From NCBI GenBank assembly GCA_002269645.1, contig NIVC01000525.1, forward strand, positions 511,539 to 575,538: a DNA stretch of 64,000 nt, read 5' to 3'. The stretch is from Macrostomum lignano. Lineage: Eukaryota. The position numbers and the translations under genes were made by a program. How positions within the stretch are numbered: position 1 is the stretch's first letter; every line of letters starts with the position of its first letter. The notes beneath the pieces are model-generated. The model did not search any database, was not told the DNA's origin, and saw nothing but the letters and a program-made list of their open reading frames with translations. Of this stretch, positions 36,170 through 49,111 are shown one piece after another.

Positions 36170-39100
36170 ATGCCACCCAAAGGAAAAAATGAACCATCAA
36201 AAAAGACAGTGGAAAAACAAAAGCAGAAAGTCATAGAGGTAAATAATTTATGTTCTATTTTTATATTGCTAATGACAAATTTTATATCTACTTTATAGGC
36301 CTAGCTTGTAAATGGTAGCAAGTCAATTTGCCAAAAGTTGATTCACCAAAAGTCAATTTGCCGAAAGCAGGTTGTTTTGCTAAAAGTTGTTCTACCAAAC
36401 AAATAAACAACAAAAAATAAATTAAATGAATAAATGAACAAATGAAATATTAAATGCTAGATCTAAAACATTAAAATCAATCAATGACCCCATCTATAAA
36501 TAAATAAAAAGGATTATGTAGAATGTAAAATATAGAATATAGAATTTGTAGAATGTTAAATGTTACAACCACCTATGTTTTACAAATAAAGTGATAAAAC
36601 ATATGCACATTATGGCTTACAAAACAGTAGCCTATAAATTATAAGAAGTTTGCCACATTGTAAGGCAATTCTTAATTCATTTTTGATTTATAGAGTAAAA
36701 GAGGAAGTAGTAATATTTTGCAATTAGTGTATAAGTATATTGTTTGTTTATCTGAAAAATGTCTTTCTCAAGAAGGAACATACATGCACAACCTCCCTGA
36801 TTTACACTGGCTATGCGACTTACTTTTTGACCAAAAATGCTACTTACCTGTCAAAGACCCTAATGCAATTTTGGGTAAATGGCAAGAGTAACTATGACTG
36901 TCTTATAAGGGCTAAATGTCTCATCATCTAATTAGTACTACATCTATATTCTTTAGGCTGGTAATTTTTGCCACTTACCCCTAGTCTACCACAATTTACG
37001 GTGGCCAGATCGGCCAGGTTGGCCAGCAGTTGCGCATGTATGGGAAGGAATCTTGAAAGATCTCTTTTGATATATATCAGCTTAACCCAGGATAGAATTC
37101 TTGCTTGGGGATAGGAAAACATGCATGTTCATATTTGTGTACAAATGTGCATACTAGCTATAAAAATAAGTCATAATGTGGATCATTGCCCATGCACAAA
37201 AAATGAAATTTTTAGTTTTTTAATTCTATGCCAATGTAAATTAAAAGTTGTACTTCAAATGTAAAGTAGCTTAAATACTATATTTTTAGAGAAAATTTTC
37301 TTTAAAAATTATAGGAGTTTTACTCAACTTTAAAGTAACTATTTTTGTTAAAAACAATTATTCTTTATTTTACTTTTGTTTTGAAGTTTTCTAGTGTAAA
37401 AACAACCTTCTGGTCTATGAAAAGTAAGAGAACTTGAGTGCATATATACCACATGGCACATAACCATGTTGAATACGTGTAAAAGTCAAATCCTATCTGT
37501 GATTCTGCAGCAAACAGCTTCTTGCGTAAGTGCATATGATGGAGTAAACATATACCTTTGAGAGTGTGCAAGTAGGCTCCTTTTTAGCACGCATAAATGT
37601 GTAACAACTTTTGTTCAAGAATTCCATCTTGAACTCAACTGCTATACAGTATATGTGTGGCAGTTGTTGCACAAAAAATATATTTCCCACATTTTTATAA
37701 TAATTAAAAGAATTGTGCCAGCAGGATTAAGTGTTCTGTAGTTGATAATCAATAAAAAATTCTTGGCAATGACAACTAAAAAATCAAACTCACAACCTTA
37801 CATGTGTGACTCCAAGTATCACATCATGATGGCAGAAAAAACTTGTTAGCACTATTGCTAATATTGCTATTTGAATTGGTAGATATCAGTTAATTCCCAA
37901 CCTGGTTTTACAGCGAATTGACTGTAGTGTTGGCAAAAGGGTATTTGGCAAATCATCTCATATTCTTATAAATTATATAATCTTGTGTTGTATTAGGCAC
38001 TTGCAACTTAGCACCTTGGTTGATGGTCATTTTGTCTGCTGCCAGTTTGTCTGCTACTCTTTCGTCTTCCAAAAATATGATGTAGTTATTTTGTCTGCCA
38101 ACAAAATAAGCAATTGTTATTTGTCTGGTGACTGGACAAATATGTCTGGTTAAATTGCTAACACAAGTATCTATTTGTTTAGTGATATAGATTTTAAAGA
38201 CCTTTTCTTGTATCCTGATTTGAATAATATATTGTTATATACTAATGTCTAAGCAAAGCATATATGTATGTGAGATTTGGCATAATTTGGTATATAAGAC
38301 ATATACTAGTATAACAACATAAAAAGATACAAGTGAGAATTCTTTGAAGTCCAGGAATATTCACCCTTGTAGTTTCTGTAAAATAGATATTTTAGAATTA
38401 TTAATTTTACCAGACAAATAACAAATGCACATTTGTCTAGTATTAACTGGATGAATAGGGAACAACAACAACAAAATACGCTGTCATGATGGTAAAAGTC
38501 AGCGTCACAGGGCGCGCTTCATGGCTTGGGCGCGAACAAAGGCCGCGCCACCGGCAGTGTCCGGGGCGCCGGCGTCAGCCAGCAGACAGTCGACATAACG
38601 CCGAGTTCGCGCTTGACCTCGCCGGTAGGGTGCCTGCAGCGTGAGCAGCAGCACCTCCTGCACCGGCTGTGGGCAGTACGACTCGGCGCGGATGAGATGG
38701 CCTGCGAGCTGGAGTCGCCGACGGCGCAGTAGATCACTTGGACGTGGCAGGCCAGCGCGGCGATAGAGTGCCGCGTTGGTGACTCGCTCGACGCCGATGT
38801 TGAAGGCGGCGCGCAGCAGACCAGCGTGCGCCGCATCGACTTGCTGTTCGAGTGAGTCCGTCAGCGTCCAGGTCTCGGCGTTGTACAGCAGGACGGTCTC
38901 GATTACCGCCTGGAACAGCGCCGCCCTCTGGCGGTCCGGTAGGGCCTCGGACTGCAGGACTGCCCTCACAGAACGAAAGGCAGCCCAGGCAAGCCCGCGG
39001 CGGCGTCGCAGGTCCTCGCGAGCGTCTGGAACCAGACCGCCGAGGTAGACGAACTGCTGACATCGCGGGAGTTCGGTCGCCTGCCCGTCAGCGCCTCGGC

Positions 39101-42100
39101 AAAATATTGCAGCCTCGATGTCGTCCGGCACGCAGAGCACAACGGTCTTCTGCGTGTTGACCACCAGGCCGACACTCGCCGCAACGGCAACCAGCCTGTC
39201 CAGCTGCCGTTGGGCGCCCTCGACGGTCGAGGACAGCAGGGCGAGGTCGTCGGCGTAGCCAAGCACGCTGAGCCGCTTCTCCGGTTGACGTCGACCCACG
39301 CGTCGCTGCAGCAGAAAACCGTCGTCGTCGGTAGGAAGAGCAGTCCGCAGCACCCAGTCAAGCACCAGGACGAACAGGAACGGCGCCAGCGTATCTCCCT
39401 GAAGCACTCCGGAGGATGTCTCAAAGGAGTCCGATAGGCCGTCCGGTGTTGTCACAGCAGCTGTCGTATCACGGTACATCGCCATGATGGCGGAGATCAG
39501 CTGCTCAGGCACGTTGTACGCGCGGAGCACCATTGGAAGCACGGCTCTGACAACCGAGTCGAATGCCTTCTTGAAATCAATAAAGATTAAAATCAGGATC
39601 GACTGACGAATCCGCGCCTCCTCGATGACTCGGCGAAGAGCCAGGATCTGCGCCACTGTGCCGCGATGGGGCCGAAACCCGTTCTGCTCTGGGCGCAGGT
39701 ACGGATCCAGCACGGGCTGCAACCGCGAAAGCAGCATCCGGTTGAACAGCTTCGCTGCACAGGACTGAAGGCAGATGCCTCGATGGTCTCTGGCGACCTC
39801 AGCTTCCACACAGGGGATGCGCAGCGCCTCGATGGACACCTCGTCCGGACCCAGCGCTTTCCCGCCCGGTGACTGCTGGGCGAGCTTGACAACGTCGGCT
39901 GCGTTGACTGGGGCTACGCTGAAACTCTCCTCTGCCGGCAGCGGCGTCTCCGGCGGCAGCGTCAGACTGTCTGGCAGCGGGGGTGGCGGCGCGTTGACGA
40001 TGGCGGCGAAGAACTCGCGCAGCTCGTTCCTACGCTCGTCCGGCGTGTCACCAGCCAGGTTCAGCGGATTGCGCCGCTTTCGTCCCGTCAGAGCGTTGAT
40101 GGCGGACCAGGCCACGCGCCCTCTGGCATCGGGCCCAGCGGCAGAGACAGCCTGAATGGCGTCATCGACAGCCGCTTGTTGGCGCTGCAGGTAGACAGCT
40201 GCCAGAGCTGCCTCTGCCTCGCGGGTTGGTCGCCTGCTCAAGCGGAGCTTCTCCAGATCTTCCCTCGCTGCCTGAATCGCAGGGTCGTCCTGCCAGACCG
40301 GCTGCCCACGTTGAGCCGGTTGCATCATCGGGACTGCTTGCTCCGCGGCGGTTCTGACTGCAGCGCACACTATCGCATACTCGGCACTTCCACGCTTGTC
40401 GCCCAGCGCGGTGTTAAAGGCGCTAGCAAAGCGACGCTGCGTATCGGTGGCTCTGAGCGCGCGGTAGTAGCGCCGCGGTGGCCGCTTCGGCGGACGGTAG
40501 AGCGGATCGCGAAGGTTGAGGTCGCAGATGAGGAGCCGGTGATCGGACCGCAGAGCCAGCGGCGTGATGGTTCGGCAGTTGACGGCGCGACGACGCTCAC
40601 GGAAACGCACGAGCACGTGGTCGAGCTGTGCTTGTCTCCGGGTTGCGTTCCTGCCACGCGCGTTCCGTCGCCTCCGCTTGCAGCCCACGAAGGTTGCGAG
40701 ACCGCTTAGTGGCTTGCGGAAGCGGGTGTTGGCCGACACCATGTCCTGCCTCTCCAGGAAGTCCTCCAGTGCCTCGGTGTTGTTGTTCCCGCGTGGCGTC
40801 ACGAACAGCGACCTCTCGGACCTACGCAGGACTGCGTTCAGGTCTCCGAGGGCGACCGCTGTGTCACGCTGCGCCGTCGCCTCTACCTGCACTGAGAGCT
40901 GCTCGAAAAACTCTTGAGCCTCGTCAGGGCGTGTGGCAGGGGGCGCGTACGCGCAGAACAGGCGAGCATTCCGACCGCGTAGCCGGACGTCGATCCGAAG
41001 CAACCGAGGGGACAGGGAGACGCAGCGACAGCTCTGCTGCAGCCTCGGCCCGATCAGCGCTCCAACTCCTCCACGGCCTCGCTGGTCCGCAGAAGTATAG
41101 TAGAGGGTCCACCCGGCGCCCAAGTCCTCACAGTCCCGGGTCGGCCTTGATAGACACCTCCTGCAGCGAGATGATGTCGCAGCTCAGGTCGTACGCCAGC
41201 TTCGCCAGCACCCCTCTACGCCAAGCAGCCTTGAGAGTGCGGCAGTTCAGCGTCCCGACCCGAAGCATGCCCTGTGGTACGGCTGGGGCTCGATGCAGTT
41301 GAGCCTCACGGTCCCCGGCGCCACCCGGAGGATCCGAGTGGACCCGCGCGGCAGCTCGACGGGCGGCGCCACGCAGCCGGCCTCGTCGGTTCCGCTCACG
41401 CCGGCGCTCAACACGCCGACGGGCGCTCCGCTGCCCTCGCTTGGTCCTGCCGCATTTGGCCGCCGCAGCAGTTAAGCGCGGCTCTCCGCTCTGACCACGA
41501 GGAGGTAGCGGCATTTATCTGCACCGTGGTGCAAATAAATTAAGACGAAATTAAGATGAATAGGGAAACATTTTAGAAGAGCAAGGTGAGCAGAACTGTG
41601 ACAACTTTTTATTTTCACAAAGGTCTTTTATACAGAGCGTGAGAAGGTGCACGAGAGTGGCATGAGTCAATCCCCAGCTTAGCAAGCTGGCGAGCGGTGC
41701 ACCCACCCCCCAGGCTAGGCAGCTGAGGGTTTGGAGTGCAAATGTTCTGCAACTGCACTGCATGCAGGCCTGGCCGCCACATGGCTCCCCCCAGCACCGA
41801 GTTAGGCTCTGAACTTTGTTGGGCGACACTGTTGAGGTGGCTGCCAGTGGATGGGATGAGCAGTGTCGCGTTGAGGGACTAGCAGTGGGCGGGTGGTTTT
41901 GTCAGTTGTGGCCCGTGTCAGTGGGGCCGCAGGCTGTCGAGGTGGGCGGCCTCTTGGTCGCACAACTGGCGCCAGAACTTGCTTGCGCAGATAGAGGATC
42001 GCCGGCTTGAGTCTGTCAATGGACACCTGGTCGCGTCGCGTGCCTAGGTCCAACAGGAAGGTCTTTTTGTCGCGTTCTATGACCTTGAATGGGCCGTTGT

Positions 42101-45100
42101 AGGGCTTCTGCAGCGGTGCTCAATGGCCATCCCACGAGGTCGACATGCACGTGGGCGAAGCGCTGGCCCGGCATGCGGATGCTGTCCACTGGAGCGGCGA
42201 CGTGGCGCTGAACCTTGGTGGTCTGGCAGGCGACGCAGGTCTTGGCCCACTGGCTGACGTCCTTGTTCATACCGGCCCACACGAACTTGGCGGCGATGAG
42301 TCGCCGTGTGCTGCGAACCGACGGGTGGGCGAGGCTGTGGATGGCGTCGAACACAGCGCGGCGAAAGTCCGGCGGCACCAGCGGGCGCGGCCGGCCAGTC
42401 GAGATGTCGCAGAGCAGAGCGACGCCGGGGCTGATCTGCAGCGGCTCAAGCTGAAGACTGGCGCCTGCCTGGGCGGCTGGGTCCGCTGCCTGCACCGCGG
42501 CCATCGCCGCGTAGTCCACGCCGGGGAGCAGCCCGGGCTGCACCGACGCGACCGTGCAACTGGACAGCGCGCCTGATTGCAGCGCATGGGCATTTTGGCG
42601 GACGGCGTCCGGCGCGGATCTAATATGGCGCGGCGCGGCGCGTACGGCGCGCGGCGATTAGTACGGCGCGGCGCGGTACTAATTAGATGCCGAGGCATTT
42701 AGGCTTGATAAGACAGTCAAGTTACTCCTGCCGTTTACCCAAAACTGCGTTAATTTTGGTTTAGGGTTTCTTTCACAGGTAAGTCATTTCACAGCGTGGC
42801 GCAGGTTGCGTAGGCGTCTGGCGTACTTAAGCCATGCGCTGCAATAGGGACAGCGCGTCCGCCACCGGGTTGTCCTTGCCCGCCACCGGGTTGTCCTTGC
42901 CCGCCACGTGCTGGATGTCCGCGGTGAACTCGGACACGTGGGCCAGATGCCGCTGTTGCCGGGCCGACCACGGGTCTGACATCTTGGACATGGCGGCAGC
43001 CAGCGGCTTGTGATCTGTGAATGCGGTGAAGTTGCGGCCTTCTAAAAAGTAGCGGAAGTGGCTCACGGCCAGGTACACGACGATCGAACGCGCTGTACTT
43101 CCGCTCGGGCGGGCGAAGTTGCCGGCTGAAGAAGGCGAGCGGCTGCCAGGCGTCATCCATCCGCTGCTCAAGTGCCGCTCCGACGGCAACGTCTGAGGCG
43201 TCGACGATGAGGGCGATGGATGCATCCGGCCGCGGGTGCGCCAGCATAGCGGCGGAGGCCAACTTGCCAAGGCCTGCTACGCCCCGTCGAAAGCGGCTGT
43301 CAGCTCGGGCGTCCACCGGACGAGCTTCTCCTTGCCGGCCATGGCAGGTGCTCCAGGTGCTGCTGTGGGCTGCAGCTGGCGACCAGGAAATCGTCGATGT
43401 AGGCGAAGACGATATCTAAGTCCTGGCAAACAGAGTCGACAAGGCTGCGTGCAGGCCTGGCCGCCACAACTTAGTTTTAACAAAAAATCCAATGTAGTTT
43501 TTGGCCAAAAACGCAACTTACATGTAAAAGAAACCCTAAAGCAAAATTAATGCAATTTTGGGTAAATGGCAGGAGTAACTATGACTGTCTTATTAAGGTA
43601 AAATGCCTCGTTATCTACAAGATAAAAAACTGATTTTTTAGTGTGAGTGTATCTAAAAATATTATTTTAAGACCCATCAAAGGTTGACTCAACTTATATA
43701 TAAGTATATAATTTGAAGTTAACTTTATATAAACTTTTCAACAGGATAGCAAATGCATTATCATCATTGGATCAAGATGGGGCCAGGGATCATAACAATG
43801 CTCAGAATCATATTCAACTGTGAACTACTCTACCTTCTAACTGACTATTACAAAATTGTTTTTCAATGGATGTTTAAATTGAATATAATATTTATTTGTA
43901 ATATTGCATTAAACAATATTACACATTCAAAAAAGACATCCCATAACAACTATTTGTATGACTTGCAATATTTTATAATAAAAAATAGCTGTACAATTTT
44001 CATAGCTAAATTTTACTTTTTCTTTTTAAAAAGTTGTTTTGTCTGCCAGCAGACAAAGTATGCCTGGTTAAATTTGACAAAAATAGACAAAAGTCTCTGG
44101 AAATACATAGCTCTAAATAAACATTCAATCAAATTTTACTTTGCTTTTTAAACTTTTATTTAAACACGCAGGACAAGACATTTGGCTTGAAGAACAAGAA
44201 GGGTGCCAAACAGCAAAAGTTTGTACAACAGGTGTCTAAGCAGGTAACTTTGGGCAACAAAAGCGCAAGAGAAGTTGAAATAGCCAAGCAGGAGAAGGAA
44301 GCCAAGAAGGAAGAGAAGAAAAAGCAGGCAGCCGAGCTGAACGCCCTGTTCAAGCCAGTGGCCGAGCTGCAGAAAGTCGCTCACGGAGTCGATCCCAAAT
44401 CCGTGCTGTGCCAATTCTTCAAGCAGGGCAAATGCACCAAGGGAGACAAATGCAAATTCTCTCACGACTTGTCCATCGCTCGAAAAACAGAGAAACGATC
44501 CATCTACGATGGCGAAGGCGCGGACAAAGGCGCTCAGGACTCGATGGAGAACTGGAGCCAGCAGCAGCTAGAAGAGGTTGTTAATAAAAAGCACGGCGAA
44601 TCAGAGCGCAGTCTGCCGCCTACGACAATTATCTGCAAGTACTTTCTAGACGCTGTTGAGGACAATAAATATGGCTGGTTTTGGAGCTGTCCAAATGGCG
44701 AGAAGTGCCACTACAGGTGATTGCTTTTAAAATGGCTTAACAATTTTGGATTATACATTTGTTACTAATATCTAATAAAAAATACTAAAACTCTCTCTAA
44801 AGTAACACCTAATTCCTATTTAAATCGAAAACATTCTATTCCCATAATAGATCTCAAAATATCCCCAACAGAAATCTCTATTCCCATAATAGATCCCCAA
44901 TAGAAATCTCTATTCCCATAATAGATCCCAAAATATCCCCAACAGAAATCTTTATTCCCATAATAGATCCCCAATAGATATCACTATTCCCATAATAGAT
45001 CCCAAATGTCCTCAACAGAAATCTCTATTCTCACGATAGTTTCCAAGATATCCTTAGCAGAGATTTCTATTCCCACAATGGTTTCCAAAATATCCCCACC

Positions 45101-46901
45101 AGAGATATCTATTCCCAAAATAGTTTCCAAAATATCCCCACCAGATATCTATTCCCACAATGGTTTCCAAAATATCCCCACCAGAGATATCTACGAGTAT
45201 TCCCAAAATAGTTTCCAAAATATCCCCACCAGATATCTATTCCCACAATGGTTTCCAAAATATCCCCACCAGAGATATCTATTTCCACAATAGTTCCAAA
45301 ATATCCGCATCATAAATCCCATTCCGCAGACACGCCCTGCCGCCCGGTTTCGTGCTGAAGCGGGACAAGAAGAAAATGGAGGAGCAGCGCGAGCAGATCA
45401 GCCTGGAGGAGCTCATCGAATCGGAGCGGGCCGCCCTGGCCAGCCGGGCGGGCCAGACGCCGGTGACCCTGGCCAGTTTCCTAGCCTGGAAGCGGCGCAA
45501 GCGGGCGGAACGCCAGGCCAAAGCCAGCGCCGACAAGGCCAAACGCCAGGCCGAAGCCGCCGCCGGCCGTGTTGTCGGCATTAGCGGCCGCGAGATGTTC
45601 GAATTCCGGCCGGAAATGGGCCTGGACGCCGACGATCAAGACGATGACGGAGGTGTCGCTTGGGACTTCCGGCAGCGCGAGAGCGAGGAAGATCCGGAAG
45701 GCGCGGGTGGCGGCATGCAGGTTAGTGGGACGGCAGTCGCTTTTCTAGCTAGGGGACCGCCTTAAAAATTGTCTCTGTGAGAATCTCCCTATAGCCACTG
45801 TGAGAATCGCCCCATGAGCCACTGTGAGAATCGCCCTTTAACCACTGTGAGAATCGCCCCATGAGCCACAGTGAGAATGGCCCCATGAGCCACAGAGAGA
45901 ATGGCCCCATGAGCCACAGTGAGAATCGCCCCATGAGCCACGGTGAGAATCGCCCCATGAGCCACGGTGAGAATCGCCCTATGAGCCACAGTGAGAATCG
46001 CCCCATGAGCCACTGTGAGAATCGCCCCATGAGCCACTGTGAGAATCGCCCTTTAACCACAGTGAGAATCGCCCCATGAGCCACTGTGAGAATGGCCCCA
46101 TGAACCACTGTGAGAATGGCCCCATGAGCCACTGTGAGAATGGCCCCATGAACCACTGTGAGAATGGCCCCATGAACCACTGTGAGAATGGCCCCATGAG
46201 CCACTGTGAGAATGGCCCCATGAGCCACTGTGAGAATGGCCCCATGAACCACTGTGAGAATGGCCCCATGAACCACTGTGAGAATGGCCCCATGAACCAC
46301 TGTGAGAATGGCCCCATGAGCCACTGTGAGAATGGCCCCATGAGCCACTGTGAGAATGGCCCCATGAACCACTGTGAGAATGGCCCCATGAACCACTGTG
46401 AGAATGGCCCCATGAGCCACTGTGAGAATGGCCCCATGAGCCACTGTGAGAATGGCCCCATGAACCACTGTGAGAATGGCCCCATGAACCACTGTGAGAA
46501 TGGCCCCATGAACCACTGTGAGAATGGCCCCATGAGCCACTGTGAGAATCGCCCTTTAACCACAGTGAGAATCGCCCCTAATACGCACAATTTCGCATGT
46601 AAACTACTGTCAGTAGTTTACTAGTTAGCACGCAGATAATTAGCAAGAAATTCCAACCCTTCCACAGGTTCGCGAAATCCGCCTGGAAGACCTATACGAA
46701 CAGGACGAAGAAGCTAGCGAGTGCGGCGCCGCCGCGTCCGCCTCGGCGGCCTCCGAAGCCTCGGCGGCTGGCGCTGTGGGCGGCGGCGACAGCAACGGCG
46801 CCGCCGGGGTGGTCATCGATGAAAATCTGTTCGCCGACGAAGACCTGGACGAGTTGGATAACATTGACAAAGAGTTGGACACGTTGGAATTGCAGGAATG
46901 A
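36170..46901 (+). CDS. ZC3H15: Zinc finger CCCH domain-containing protein 15 (DFRP1/LEREPO4, Tma46 orthologue); exons 36170-36238, 44172-44716, 45330-45720, 46668-46901
   Basis: MPPK...[13 protein letters not shown]|[71 protein letters not shown]|[14 protein letters not shown], acidic tail [13 protein letters not shown]. All junctions are GT-AG and in phase. AATAAA near 46982. Confidence 0.95.
38505..41278 (-). pseudogene. APE endonuclease-RT ORF with a frameshift near 41125 and a 99-bp in-frame deletion near 39795
   Basis: MLRVGTLNC...LQEVS, then a shift to [41 protein letters not shown] and YLG. Confidence 0.9.
41448..41554 (-). ncRNA. HDV-like ribozyme core at the RTE 5' end (P1 5' strand not evident)
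   Basis: Minus strand: P3/L3 ACC-TCCTCGT-GGT, P1.1 CC/GG, P2 TGCCGC/GCGGCA, P4 GCCGC/GCGGC, J4/2 GCCAA, and a 13-bp J1/2 hairpin. Confidence 0.65.
41597..43468 (-). mobile_element. Multiply deleted Gypsy LTR element (5' LTR stub, RT YIDD fragment, RNaseH, integrase pieces, PPT, 3' LTR 41597-41781)
   Basis: TGTGGCGGCCAGGCCTGCA starts at both 43468 and 41781, with PPT GGGGGGAG before the 3' [28 protein letters not shown] and HSLAHP...WAKTCVAC. No TSD found. Confidence 0.85.
42572..42848. mobile_element. 277-bp MULE-type MITE with 9-bp TSD
   Basis: TIR CCT(G)ATTGCAGCGCATGG and TSD GACAGCGCG at 42563-42571 and 42849-42857. Related older fragments lie at about 36840-36945 and 43515-43615. Confidence 0.85.
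44835..45300. repeat. Degenerate ~40-42-bp minisatellite in ZC3H15 intron 2
   Basis: CTATTCCCACAATGGTTTCCAAAATATCCCCACCAGAGATAT-type units. Confidence 0.85.
45770..46580. repeat. 24-bp minisatellite (GCCACTGTGAGAATGGCCCCATGA) in ZC3H15 intron 3
   Basis: About 33 direct units. Confidence 0.95.
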
Positions 46902-47656
46902 CGTGTCAGTTTAGCCAGCTGATGCTGATGATGGCGCTGATGTTTGGCTGTTTGCTGGCTAATATTATTATGAATGATTGAAATAAATGATTGATATCTG
47001 ATAGAGTCTGCTTCCTTCTCTTCCCGATTCAGCTCCATGCTTTTGCGCCCTCATGTGTGTTCCTCTGCTCTTCTGCTTTTCAGGGTTCTCCCTCTCTCTC
47101 GTGTTTATTTAGTGCACAAAATTGTTTTACTGGCATCATATTACTGTAAGTAGGATTGGGGAGTTTTTTTCAATCAAATTAGAAAAGACATGGGCTTTAT
47201 TACAATTCCTAAAGCCAGGCTTTCATCATATAGTATATCTGAAATCCCAGTAACTTACGTATGTAATCCTGACGTGAGTTGCTGTCCTATCTTTGATGAA
47301 GCTCGGTTAACACGTGTTCGTCGCTGTTTTGGTTTATTCCCTTTAAAATTCTACTCACTTCTCTGCTGCGTCGCCTGAATTGCTCACCGAGTCTTTACTG
47401 AAATTACTGCTATTAAATTAATGTGTTGCACCTGTCCATGAACTATTTTCGATTGCGTGTAATATGCTACTTACTCATATCCTCTCGCTTTGACGCCATA
47501 GTGCATGGCTGCCAATATTTTGAGAGAAGAGAATCAATAACATGCCGGCAAAACTAACTGACCAGCAGAGGACTGAATTTTTATTGAGACAATTCTTGTG
47601 TCTTGCTTATTTGTGGCGCACTGTAAGACCAGACACACACTGAGGTATTGGAGGAC

Positions 47657-48437
47657 AGCCACACACTGAAGTACCGGACGGTAACCAGCCTGAAGTATCG
47701 GACGGTAACCAGCCTGAAGTATCGGATGGCAAGCACACTGAAGTATCAGAAGGCAAGCACACTGAAGTATCGGATGGTCACCAGCCTGAAATATCGGACG
47801 GTAACTAGCCTGAAGTATCGGACGGTAACTAGCCTGAAGTATCGGACAGTAACCAGCCTGAAGCATCGGACGGTAACCAGCCTGAAGTATCGGATCGTAA
47901 CCAGCCTGAAGTATCTGACGGTAACCAGCCAGAAGTATCGGATGGTAACCAGCCTGAAGTATCGGACGGTAACCAGCCTGAAGTATCGGATGGTCACCAG
48001 CCTGAAGTATCGGACGGTAACCAGCCTGAAATATCGGACGGTAACTAGCCTGAAATATCGGACGGTAACCAGCCTGAAGTATCGGATGGTAACCAGCCTG
48101 AAGCATCGGACGGTAACCAGCCTGAAGTATCGGATCGTAACCAGCCTGAAGTATCTGACGGTAACCAGCCTGAAGTATCGGATGGTAACCAGCCTGAAGC
48201 ATCGGACGGTAACCAGCCTGAAGTATCGAACGGTAACCAGCCTGAAGTATCGGATGGAAAGCACATTGAAGTATCAGAAGGCAAGCACACTGAAGTATCA
48301 GAAGGCAAGCACACTGAAGTTTCAGAATGCAAGCACACTGAAGTATCGGAGGGGAGCCACCCTGAAGTATCGGAGGGGAGCCACCCTGAAGTATCAGAAG
48401 GCAAACACACTGAAGTATCGGAGGGGAGCCACCCTGA
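47657..48437. repeat. 24-bp minisatellite (GAAGTATCGGACGGTAACCAGCCT)
   Basis: About 32 direct units between ZC3H15 and the PDZ gene. Confidence 0.95.
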
Positions 48438-49111
48438 ATACAATATTAGAACTAAGTTTCAATGCTGGATGCAATCTTGGCTATGAAAGTGCGGCTATAA
48501 CGGCCTGTCAATCATAAAGCACAGAAGCGCACTAAAATTGATCGATTTGCGCAGGAAGCTGGAAGAAAGGATTTGCCATACTTGTGATGAAAACAGCTGG
48601 CATAATTATCGACTTAGCTATATGGCTGCAGATGAGTCATCAGTTGCAGCAACATGGCACTACTTGAACAGCAGCAGGACCAGAGCTTAAAAACGCACAC
48701 AGGCTGGTCTGTAGCTCCCCCCGCGCCCGTCCAGGTTCCTCCGCGGACGTCGTCAGCCTGCAGGCACTGGGCCGCGGTATCCTGCTGTTACCTCTATAGA
48801 CCGGCCTCTGTTGACGCCCCTAAATTGTGCCCACTCTGCCCATTTGTACACTTCAGCGCAACAACCCCTTTTCGGTCACGCTATACGCCTCTCTCTCTGC
48901 CAGCCATCCCCGATACCCCAGTTACTTCCATCATCGTCGGCTTGCCCCAACACAGTCAAATCCCCCGGTGAAGGCTGAACAAGACTGGGAGCGAGTCATC
49001 CTCTAACCTCCGCTAGTTTTTTCCCTTGTAGTTCCTGTCCCGGTAGACCAATTCACCAGCTAATCCTTCATTCTTTCTATTGGAAATTTTTGCCAATATT
49101 GACTGCGCAAC

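Larger units (their letters stand above)
38463..41554 (-). mobile_element. Full-length RTE-clade LINE, copy 2, antisense in ZC3H15 intron 1
   Basis: 13-bp TSD GATGAATAGGGAA at 38450-38462 and 41555-41567, (TTG)n 3' tail, and the same 5' end as copy 1. Confidence 0.95.

Noticed and set aside
45749-46624. HGAILTVV / SHCENGPM repeat ORFs
   Set aside because: They come from the 24-bp array inside ZC3H15 intron 3, which is defined by in-phase splice sites.
47534-48517. Possible repetitive protein (KYRTVTSL or EVSDGNQP frames)
   Set aside because: The most protein-like frame has in-frame TAG variants, and there is no start or splice context.
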